Shown here: positions 1 to 10,614 of the stretch, one piece after another | How the letters are laid out: every line of letters starts with the position of its first letter | Numbering within the stretch: the first letter of the stretch is position 1 | DNA from: Selaginella moellendorffii | Taxonomy: Eukaryota > Plantae > Lycopodiophyta | NCBI RefSeq assembly: GCF_000143415.4 | Contig: NW_003314297.1 | Location: 1,580,890 to 1,644,889 of the forward strand | DNA length: 64,000 bases | Reading direction: 5' to 3' | The notes under the pieces: generated by a model | What the model was told of the DNA's origin: nothing | The model's input: the letters and a program-made list of their open reading frames with translations, nothing else | The model's database searches: none | Translations under genes and position numbers: made by a program

Positions 1-1167
1 TTTGGCAACGGCCCTTTCTTAGTTTCATACCTTTGGCAACGGCCATGTAAAGTCCTCCTCTAACCCCAGGATAATGAGCTCTCCCTATAGCTTGGTCAAT
101 AGAAATCTACACGGGAAAAAGAGGAATAAGTAATAGTTTCCTTCTTTTAATACTACTGTCACCTTATCATCTTGGACAATACCGCAGACCAGAGCCCTGT
201 ACACCTTCGACAACATCTCAAACCTGTCTTCATGAAAGGTCGCTTGTCATTTGCAATATTGAAATGGTTGAATGAAGCTAGCTTACCTTCTACACCTGAA
301 CGCAAAGTGGCGGAAGCTAGCTTCATTCCTAGGACACATCTGGCCTGATCGGACTTAGCGCATAGTAAAACTCCTGAGAAATGCAGGTATTTAAAAAATA
401 CAAATGTTTTAGTTAGAGAAGTAGCACACACATACACACCTGATGTTCCCCTTCCGAGCCGATGAACAGGTGTTGGATGATTTCTTTCTACTTGGTCTGT
501 CACTCGCCACTGCAACTGCGACAGCACAGTTCTTTGCTGAAAGAGACCACCCGGTAGAACTTGCAAGCCCGATGGTTTATTAATCGCAAGCTACCATTTA
601 GAAGCACTCAGATCCAGATCAATGAGAAAACCAAATACCACATTCCTACCAGATGCTCGTCTTCGTATAGTATTTCAAGCATGAATGGTGCGTTTGGTTC
701 TTCCCAAGGGAACCTGTGGTACACCAGCGACGCGTTGTTCCTAAAAGAGAGATCGGAGAAGGAAACTATAAGAAAACCGGAGCTATGAAACTTCTACCTG
801 ATCAAGGCGTCCGGGGAAGTGACAACTTCTCCATTGATTTCAATCTACAACAAAATTCTAAGAAACAAACGACTGGAATCCAATACTACTCGTGAAAGTT
901 ACCTGTCCCTTAAGAATTCTTCTCAGCCAGCTGCAAGCCAAGAGCTCAATAAGTCCAAATCACATAAGAACATTCTAACTTTTACCCTTCTCTAGAAGCG
1001 GAGCTCTGGTATCTCGACGCGTAGTAATCCAAAACGCTTTCACCTGTGTTGTAAATGGGAACAAATGCGCTTTACTCTGCTAGCTTACCTTGCTGAGACG
1101 ATGGAAGCCTGGCGATCTCGGCGTATCGTACGCCATCGTTCATCTCCGGCCATGGCACTCCAAACAT
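1..1167 (-). CDS. RluA-family RNA pseudouridine synthase (plant PUS5-like), multi-exon, 3' end runs off the window
   Basis: Spliced reading MFGVPWPEMNDG..., PWEEPNAPFMLEILYED, GLQVLPGGLFQQRTVL, PVHRLGRGTSGVLLCAK; GT-AG introns of ~50-60 nt; ATG at 1167. Confidence 0.8.
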
Positions 1168-1314
1168 AGCTCTCTCTCAAGAACCCTAACACCTCTAGAG
1201 ACTCAAGAACGTTGTATTTTAGTGTTACAGACGCTTGGAGATGTACAAAGAAAGAGCAACGCGTTGAGCTTGCCCAGTAAAAAGTTTGACGCGCCCTCTA
1301 TTTGTTTACTCTTC

Positions 1315-3358
1315 TCATCTTATGTGCGTTCTACCAAGCGACCACATCCCACTATCCCGGACAGCATTCTAGAACAAAAAACCGGAAAAATTAGAGAAAA
1401 CCATAACCATTGGTAGCTTCACACCTGAGATTTTGGTGATGGAAACACGTTCCAAAATCGTAGCGTTTCATCTCCGGCACCTGTGACGATTGTCTGGAAG
1501 AGCAAGCAGATTGTCAGGAACTAAAAAAGAAGACTCTTCAAGGGAGAGAGCTTACTTGACCATCAGGAGACATGGAAAGGTATAAAACTCTGTATGTGTG
1601 CCCCGTGAGTGTTGTAAGCTAAAAGAGCAAGAACAGATGTCATCCCTCTTCGTCTGAGGCAAGTGACACTTACTTTTGTCATGGTCGGATATCTCCACAC
1701 AATAATCTGGTTCTGAGAGTAGCCATGGGTGCTCACGAGCTCGTTCACGTTCTTCGACCACATGAGATTGCAGACCTTGTTTCCTTCGGCTTAGTAGACG
1801 CTCAAGAATTTCAGCAACTGTACCTGTCCACCCGTGTCTACACAATTGATGTGCGAGTTCGTCGACGTGTTCCAGAATCTTATGCATCGGTCGGCTGTTC
1901 CACCACCAGAGGTTAAAAGCCCGTGTTGATGTGGTGACCACGCGATAGCCTTCACTGCGGCTGTGTGCTCGCTAAACTTGCAAACCGGCTGTGTTGACAA
2001 TTGGTTCCAGACAAAAAGCTACCATGGAAACCAAGAGAAACATTAGCTAAAGATCGGATGAAGCTCAAAATACCTGATTGTCGTTGCCACCGGAAGCTAG
2101 TTCTCTGTCGTCGAAGGACCATTTCAAGCCACAGACCTGCAGTCGATACGTAAGACAGAATACAACAAGAAGAACATCACAGAGCTTGCCTCAGATTTGT
2201 GACCACAAAGCTTGCTCGTATAATCCTCAGGCACTCTGACATCATGGTTGAGAATGTTGCGGTCCCTGCTTCCGGAAGATAGAGTCACCGAGTTCCATGC
2301 CAGAGTTCCAACTCGTGTCCGGTGTCCCTCCATAGTTCGCACTTTTTTACAGCGTATTGCATCCCAAATCTGGAAGAGGAGATAATAAAAGAATGTGAGA
2401 TCATATTACATTTACCTGTACTTCTCCCGCATTGCTTCCAACCGCGAGATAAGTTCCACGGTGAGTCCACGCAACTGAGCACACAGAGTCATCATGTCCC
2501 AAGTCGCACAGTTTCGTGACCTGCAAGAACAGGAAAGCTTCGGTTACTTGGATCGTGCAAAGAAACAACAAAATGTAACACTAATCGACCTTGCTAGTCG
2601 AAGCACTCCACAGATAAACACAGTTCCCGAGTCCCACAGCCAAAACGTTATGTGCGGACCAATCCACCAGGTTCAAGTAGAAATCGTCTTGCAAGGCTGG
2701 CGCATCCAAAACCTGCCACCAACAAAGTGATTGTAAAGAGTTGGAACGAAGCAAAGCTTCATGAGAATGGTACCTTGAACGGGACTCTGGAAACTTTTCT
2801 TTGAAGCTTGACGGGACTGGACGAAGCTCCAGTCGTCCCAAAGTCCAGAGCACCAGGAGAGAGTGACTCCGATTTGTGGCATGGAGCCCCGGCAGCCCGG
2901 CTATCGCTCTTGAATCTCAGCAAGTTCCTGCTGGGACTGAGAGGAGACTTCGTCGAGTCCCTCACGCCCGCACTGACCAAGCTGTTCTTGTCGGGAGTTC
3001 CAGGGGAGAGGGGCCCTGCATCGCCTCCTAGAAGCTCAGAGCGCAAGAGCATTGAATACACTGCCACCCCTTCTTCCTTGGAGGCATCACTTCCCAGAGA
3101 TGGCGAATTATCTAACAGAGCAAACCCGGCAAGGTTAGAGCTGGACCTGCTTGGAATGAAACGGTCACTATAGCTCATTCGCGTCGGTGAGGGCGTCGAT
3201 CCTCCTCCTCCTCCTCCTGCTACAGCCGGATTAAGCACCGAGACTGCCCTGGAAATTTCTACTCGCAGCCTCTCCGCGGCCATGCCCGCCGGAAGATTGA
3301 GCCTCGTTCGCGATCTCGACCTATCCGGCTGCACTGCGGCATTCTCGACGCTCTCCAT
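1315..3358 (-). CDS. CCS52: APC/C activator CCS52/FIZZY-RELATED (Cdh1) WD40 protein
   Basis: C-box [29 protein letters not shown]40 repeats ([26 protein letters not shown]), final exon ends ...GRTHIR* (IR tail). Confidence 0.95.
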
Positions 3359-3904
3359 GGCCGCGCGAATCAATCAACCCCTAGATAGCTACCGGGAACG
3401 CTCGCGACGATGGTTCTTTCCTCCCGTTATTGCCTGGCATCCATCGGAGAGAGGATCAATCACCTAGAGGAAGGATCGGCGTGAATGGGAGACGCGATCG
3501 ATGGCACAAGAGGGAGGCCCCTGGCGCCCTCGCGCGGTCTCCTCTCCAGCCTTTGCAGCATTGCTCCCCTAATTCCAGGGGTAGCAACGCCAGCGTGGCG
3601 GGAATGTTTGACGTGGCGTGTCCACATCAGCGAATTTCGTAACGTTGTATTCTTTGCTGGCACATCCCAACGGTAAAAATCGTTTCTAGGGCAAAAGGCT
3701 TTTCGTTTATAACATGGCAGGATATTCTCTGAAAGATGCTCCGCCAAGCACATGCCTACGAGCTATATTACCGACACACTACTGGAAGCAAAAAACAAAG
3801 CTATGAAAAGGGATGAAAGAGCTTCTACAACTTGTATTGATATATGGGTGAGATTGTTAGAGATGGCATTGCATCTTCCCTCGCTGGATCAAAAACAGAT
3901 CCTT

Positions 3905-4427
3905 TCAGCGCGGGCTCACGGCGAATTTCATACCGCTTTGGCAGTGGAATCCGTTGCCCACGCCGCACGCGAAGTAGTGAGCCTTCTTCTGCTTCAACGT
4001 GAACTTGTAACCCGGCGTTCCCTTGCTGGGATCCGCCAGGAGAACAGCGCCGCTGAAGTCGCAGTTCTGGTAGTGGGCTTGATCCTTCATGAGAAACACA
4101 TTGTGGGGCGCCGCTGCCTTGCCGGCCCTTCCACCGCCGTAGGAGAAAACTGACAAGTTGTACAACGATTGAATGATCGTGTCAGAGAAGAGCTTCGGGA
4201 GAACTTATAAAGAACTTGATCCAGATCTCAACGGGATCTAGCGAGAAGTACTCACCCAGTGTGTCGCCAATACGGAATGGCCCAGCGCCGGCAGCCCAAG
4301 AGGCATAGTTGGTCCCCAATGACCACTGGTTGCGTCCTCCCACCATCACCGATTTGGCGCTACACACATTGGCCACTGCGGCCAGGAGCAAGGCGATCGC
4401 GAAGCCAGAGACGAGGAATCGTGCCAT
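3905..4427 (-). CDS. Phytocyanin / plantacyanin-like blue copper protein, 2 exons, signal peptide
   Basis: Signal peptide MARFLVSG..., VGG..W...Y..WA...F.IGDTL|VF.Y, type-1 Cu ligands H(PHNV), C(FACG), H(GFHC), M(SGMK); no GPI/AGP tail. Confidence 0.9.
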
Positions 4428-6049
4428 GGGATCTTAGCTTGGAGCTTGGCTCGGAGAGAGAGGAGCAAAGATCTAGGTGGGGGCTCTGATACACAACAAC
4501 AGAGTGTTGGAATTTACTTATATAGTCCCAAGACCCACGACTAGAAATCTATTTTTCTTCAAACGGGGTCAAACATTGTGGCCGAAAGATAGCATAAACC
4601 TCTGCTGCGCATGGCAAATTCTTTCTTTCTTTCCTGATCACTTCTCTTCTGTCGACATTTATGCGATTTCTTCGAGTCGCGCCGCAGTAATGATAGTTGG
4701 TTGATGACTTTGCCTTAAGCCACTTTAGACGGCGAAGATTGAAGGTTCTAATTTGACGGTGGAAGACCTCGCGGTGGAATTTAATGGCCGATGGAATGAC
4801 GGCACATGCCGTCAGCGAACAGAATATGTTGTATATAGCTGCTATACTAAGCTAAAAGTCACTAAAAAAACTTAGCTCATCAAAATGGTCCGACTCCTTA
4901 GCATTACCATATCTCTTGGATCAACCCTTCACCGGCTACTTGTGATGCCTCCCTCCTTGATCAAACATGGAAACCATGTGAAGATACTATGCTTGGAGGA
5001 GAGGACAAAAATCGAGCAACATTCAATGTTCAACAATCACTAAATGGGGAGAGATGGCTTGTTAAATTGCAAGAGCAATACCTTCCATGGATATCTAATT
5101 GAGGAATTTAATCACTACCTCCAAACTGCTGAAGGCAGGACGTTTCTTGACAATTCTACTTCCAGACATCCATAGCAATTCCATTCTCCCAAGATCAAGG
5201 GAGGAAGATTTGAGATGGAATAGATTTTTCAGATTAACAGAGCACCACTTGCAAACTTGCAAATCTCTTGGCTCTTGGAAATAGCTAAAACTACAACCAG
5301 AGCATCATCCACATTTGCTATGGCCAAGCAGAGTTCTCCCATGGAAGCTGGATCATTAACCTTTTCAGAGATGAGCTGGCATTAGGCCCATGCAAAGACA
5401 TACCTTTAACACTTAAACTTGTGGAGACCTCAATGTAAGATAGACCACAAGGATGGCTGGATTGTCTATATTTTCCAACCTCTCAAAAATCCTTGATCAC
5501 CTTATTGTTAAAGGTTTTGGGGTAAGTGTTTTTTGGGTGACTTTCCAAATTCAGAAATAGTAATATATTAAATTCATAGATGCTTATATTACTCATAAAA
5601 CAAAAAAAAAGGTGATATTTAGTTATTGATGGATCTTAGACAAGCTTCATAGATGTTTGTATTGCTAAATATTGTGTCAATTTAGGATAATATTTAATTA
5701 TTAATAGATCTTAAATGAAAGAAAATAATGGATAAAGAAGTTACAGATGGATGCACTTAATTATATATTATAAATTTTTCTTTTCCAATTTGTGATCTTG
5801 CCTTGTTTATCCAACCACTATTACCTTGGCCTTAGTTAAGTTTCCTTTGCTAAAGTTCCCACCTATAGTATTAACTTCTATCTGGTCTTACTTAGTTTTA
5901 CCTACTCACTATACGAACAATAGAGTGTTAACTATCCATCCATAAATTCCTAAATTTTTTCCCAATCCCCCACTCTAGCTTAGATTGAATATAAAGTTCA
6001 ACTACACTCCCCACAAGCATAAATAGCCATGCATACTAAACCTCCAAAT

Positions 6050-7200
6050 TTCTAACTTCCTTTGGTACAACAAAGCTTAATCATGGGACTTTTTAAATTT
6101 CAAACCTTAAATGCATTATACATCATTTGCTTCAGGACCCTAAGAGGAAATATTATGGCCCAACAGCCCGGTATGAATACTCTTACTCCCCCACTTCTAT
6201 CCCAAAGGGAATGCCTAAACTTTTAATATGGGGTGAGGATCAATGAGTTGCATAATACTCATGTAGAACATTACTATAAGCGACTAAATTTTCCATTCTA
6301 CTTTAGTTACTTAACCATACCTCCAACCATTTGGAGGAGTCTCACTCACAACCTCCATAAGTCCTATTTCAAACTTGGGCTTGCTAGCCCCAAGAATAGC
6401 ATCCCCACCACTCAACCTTTGCACTTGATCCAAGTGCTCCACGTGTCTGATCCCATGACCGACACCCCAAAGTACCACCGACATATCAGCCCGTTACGCT
6501 AAAGCCATGCCCCTTTACCTTGGCCACACCGGTGGTCTAACACCACATACATCACAATCCCATCTCTCAAGGACTGGGCCATTCGTCCATGAGTGATCAT
6601 TCCAGATCCACTCCTTAGCATTCTTAGGATGCCCACAAACATGGGGAATAGCCTTCCCCAAAAACCCTTTTCCGGTCTTCACCAAGTCCCTTTCTGCCCA
6701 TGGCCATGTTCGCCAACACTGCCACTGGATCAAGGCCCACAGGCCTGACGACTAAGTCCTACGGTCCTCTAGGACTTCCTCACCACTCGACTGTATCTTT
6801 GGTCACTACACCAGAGGATTACTCCTCTTCCTTTCCACAGTCTAGGCCTTTGGGACAACATTTCGAAACACCGTGGCCCTACGCGGGCCTCATGGGTACT
6901 CTCCCTGCCTTCCGCCTTTGGGTGCTCTAGCCATAGGCTTATAGCGAGGTTCCGTTGAGCCACATCAGGTATCCAAGTAAGTAGTGCCACCCACACTTGG
7001 ATTGGGAGCATCGACCATTCGATTTCCCGGGGGAACTAGAGCCGGCTCTTGAACACTTCACCAAGCTACCCCGTTTGTCGGTCCATATTCACTCTAGTCT
7101 TGGACTTCCCAGTGGTTAGTTCATCACCCAACACTGGGTATGGCCTTTCCTGGGCCAAACTGGCTCCACTGGGCTCCAACCCCCACACTCTCCCTACTAT
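6050..7200 (-). mobile_element. Possible highly degenerate LTR-retrotransposon (gag/pol) remnant
   Basis: Only short motif-like traces on the minus strand (LGHNIS near 6150-6170, DAILG near 6390, CFE/K near 6865) amid many stops; adjacent satellite. Confidence 0.2.
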
Positions 7201-7210
7201 ACTTTTGGAA

Positions 7211-7590
7211 CCCCCCCCCCCCCCCCCCCCCGGGGGATGATCGCTTTGGGCTTTCACCCAACTGCCTGTATTAGTATTCAGACTCGGACTCGGTCTCGGT
7301 CTCGGTCTCGGTCTCAGTCTCGGTTCCATCTCGGACTCCATCTCGGGTCCATCTCGGACTCCATCTCAGACTCCATCTCGGGTCCATCTCGGACTCCATC
7401 TCGGGTCCATCTCGGACTCCATCTCGGGTCCATCTCGGACTCCATCTTGGACTCTATCTCGGGGCCCTCTCGGACTCCATCTCAGATCCCTCTCGGACTC
7501 CATCGCGGGTCCATCTTGGACTCCATCTCGGAATCCATCTCAGACTCCATCTCGGGTCCATCTCAGACTCCATCTCGGGTCCATCTCGAA
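7211..7590 (+). repeat. C21 homopolymer, (CTCGGT)n hexamer run, then tandem minisatellite of CATCTCGGACTC / CATCTCGGGTC units
   Basis: Directly visible: poly-C 7211-7231, hexamers ~7282-7325, interspersed 11- and 12-bp units to ~7590. Confidence 0.95.
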
Positions 7591-8033
7591 CTCTTCTATG
7601 TGTCATATGTTGGTCCTTTTTGGGTCCTTTTTTGGAGCCTTGCTTGTTGCTCGTTTCGTGCTCGTTCCTCAAGCACTTCGTTAGGAGTTCCATTCCCACT
7701 CTCGACCTTTTCAAGTCGGAGCTTTTTAGTCCAAACGTGTTACGCTCGTTTGGTTTTCGCTTCGGCCACCACCACATGGCACCCTTCTGGCTCTACTTTG
7801 GGGCCTAGGGATTTTGTGTCTCACAATTACTCCATGTGAGTTAGGAACATTGTAGTTGATTTCCCTCATAAGAGTGGGAATTGCTTTTGAGCACTTCCTT
7901 ATGTGGCCTCTTTAACATTATCTAAGTCCATGCTCACTCCCACCTAAAACTCCTAACCCCTAGTTCTAACCTCAAATCAGTTTGAAAGCACTATTTGAGA
8001 ATTCCTTCAAAATTAATTCCTAAACCTCACTAG

Positions 8034-8272
8034 CCCTACTATACTTTTGGAACCCTTTGCAGCACCCCCCCCACCCCCATTCCCATTTTTGATCGCTCTG
8101 GGCTTTCACCCCATGACTTATATTAGTATTCATGCTTGGTCTTGGACTCAATTTTGGATTAAATTTTGGACTTAGTCTCATACTCGATCTTGGTCTCTAT
8201 CTTAAACTTGATCTTGGATCTTGGACTCAGTCTCAAAGTTAATCTCAGACTCAATCTCAAACTTAGTCTCAT
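8034..8272 (+). repeat. Degenerate second copy of the 7192-7590 repeat module
   Basis: CCCTACTATACTTTTGGAACCC identical at 7192-7213 and 8034-8055, then C-run, GATCGCTyTGGGCTTTCACCC, TATTAGTATTCA and decayed ATCTyrGACTC units. Confidence 0.85.
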
Positions 8273-9499
8273 CCGATGACCTATTTATTATTCCAGTCAT
8301 TGTCGCGAATGTGACTTCAGATATCAAAAACTACTGATCGGCTGGTCCTTACGGACACTCTTTCTTTACTGCCATGACGGTAGGAGGTTAGTATTGTTGG
8401 ATCCTTTATCAGTCCCTCTTGTGCTAATGGAGTTAATTGGGCATTTCAAATGTACTTAAATCGGACGAGCATAAGGACGGAATTCCTACATGCTATTAGC
8501 TAAGTATATTTAGCCTGGTAAAGAGTTCCTATCTTGTTATATCTTGCACTAGCTAGTGATAAGAACCCTCACGTATTGAGATTAATCCCTCAGTATTGCT
8601 GGATGATAGCTTACCGTATCTACCAAACACCCTCTCTATCATGCCTTTTGTGTTAGTCTCATTTCAATCCCATACTATTTATGGAAAGTGTCTAAATTTG
8701 CTCATTTAGCATATCTGCAGAATGTAGAGATTGTTTTGAATATAAAGGTATTCATCCCATGTCCAAATTTGCAATCTAAAAACATTCCATATTTAATAAG
8801 TTTTGAGTTTGTCCCAAAGACTAACTCTTAGTACTAAGGGAGGCTTGGGGTGAAAACCCAAAGCATGTATTCCTCACAGAGGGGGCTATAAAGGGTTCAA
8901 AATGTATAGTAGAAATAGTAGGTAAGTTAGGCATAGTTAACCAATCTAAGATATAGTTCAGCTTTTGTTTGCATGCTTGTTTTTGTTCTGCATCCGACTT
9001 GAGTTTAAACCCAAGTTCCATACCATGTTAGTTGGTGAAGTACCCATGTCTTTGTATTAAGCCACTGATATGTTGAAATAGCCACAAATTTCGTTTGGCT
9101 CTGTTTTACGTGCTGGTCTTAACATTGGGATGTTGGATGTTCTAAAATTGTTCCAAGTCACTTCATGTTTTTATCCCTTCTCTTCTTGAGTTGTATACTT
9201 AGGAGTTGTTCCATTGTTTAGTTTTGTCACTCCTTGGCTCCATGCTTAGAAGTTTAGCTTTGTACCTTTGTTCAATGGCCCAAGGCTTTGAAACTCAGGT
9301 TCCACACCACTGTCCTTTGGACACGTGGCATGTGACATGTGGCACATGAGGGGTTTAGGTTCTGCTTCGTGATTATCCTATGGTAAATCACCACAAAATA
9401 AAGGGTAAAAACCACATGTGCTACAGTCATGGTTTCAAGGATTATTTAGGAAGATTTACTAGAAAAATAAAATGTTACATATTGCTATAATGATTTTGT

Positions 9500-10420
9500 T
9501 ATGTTATTGTAAAGAATCAGTTCCTTGAGGTGTTGTAGGCTATTTATGAATATTAAAATAACATAATATTTGCCAAGGAACTTCTTTTTCAAATTCCCCT
9601 ATTAAATACCACTTAAGCCTTAGCCATTATACTTCATGTAAAAATTCATAACAAAATTGTTTAATATTTATGTTTCCAAAAGAGGTCATGTTTCAAAGCA
9701 TTATCTAACATTATTTAAGCAGAGAAAGAATATAAATGTGTTATATGCTAAATGCTACTCTTACAACAAAAAGAAAAACATTCTTAAATGCTATGATAAG
9801 GTTAAAAAGTGTTTGTTATGATGGACACTAGGCATATTCTACAAGATAAAGCTTTATTTCTCATTCATGAGTTTGTATTTATAAATAATATTAAGTTTAT
9901 TTGTGTATTTACATTAAGTTTTATTTCTTTCTGATAAAATATCAATGTATCACAAAATTATCTTAGAGGAATAATTCAAGTTATATTGAGCACTTGATAT
10001 ATGTGGGTAGACATGTGAAGAGGCATATAGCACCACCAAAAGAATATATATATTAAATATTATTTATCTATATAAGGGAAGTAGAAGTAGTAGTGGCATA
10101 TTAAAAATCCTTATAAATTATCCCACTTGGAGAAAACATTTTGTGATCACTATCAAAAGAAAAAACTAAAAGTCATTTCTAGAGTGTGCCATCACAAATA
10201 AGAAGAATGAAAATTATAAAGGAGATAGTAGCATGGTTACATGAAGATTTAACAACAATTGAATCTACAAATCCACTTCACATAATTTTCAAAATTAAAT
10301 CAACAATAAAGTTGGGTATATAGAACTGTAAAGATATTTGAGTTTTAGTATGCAAGCATGTTTATGCTTTGCATGATATCACAAAAAAAGATTTGCCATC
10401 ATTGATTTTATACGCTAATT
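9500..10420 (+). mobile_element. Degenerate Mutator-like (MULE) transposase remnant with SWIM finger trace
   Basis: C-K-D-I-*-V-L-V-C-K-H-V-Y-A-L at ~10326-10371 (SWIM-like C..CxH) and ICG*[fs]HVKR at ~9999-10023 (CxWHVKR-like MULE motif); many stops. Confidence 0.35.
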
Positions 10421-10614
10421 TACACAGCCCAAGAAAGTCACATAATTTCAGAATTAAATGTCTTTAAACTAAATGTCAATAAAGTATATTTGAAAATGCA
10501 AAGAAAAATGTGAAAATAAATAATTGAAAAAACATGATCTATTAGTAATTTGAATGGAAAACCAAAATAAATTGGTGGCAAAACAAACATAGGGTTTTTT
10601 GGGTGGTGGAAGCG

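Noticed and set aside
7326-7590. Repeat array as a possible CRISPR
   Set aside because: Units are contiguous 11-12-mers with no unique spacers, no cas genes, and the context is eukaryotic
7237-7839. 200-aa ORF with SR/HLGLHLG repeats (and antisense ORFs)
   Set aside because: It is simply the translation of the minisatellite; no domain signal
8275-8410. Possible Ulp1-like protease remnant (DLFIIPV...xWSLVL...LLDPL) of a MULE
   Set aside because: Needs several frameshifts and substitutions to read; cannot be supported without a profile search
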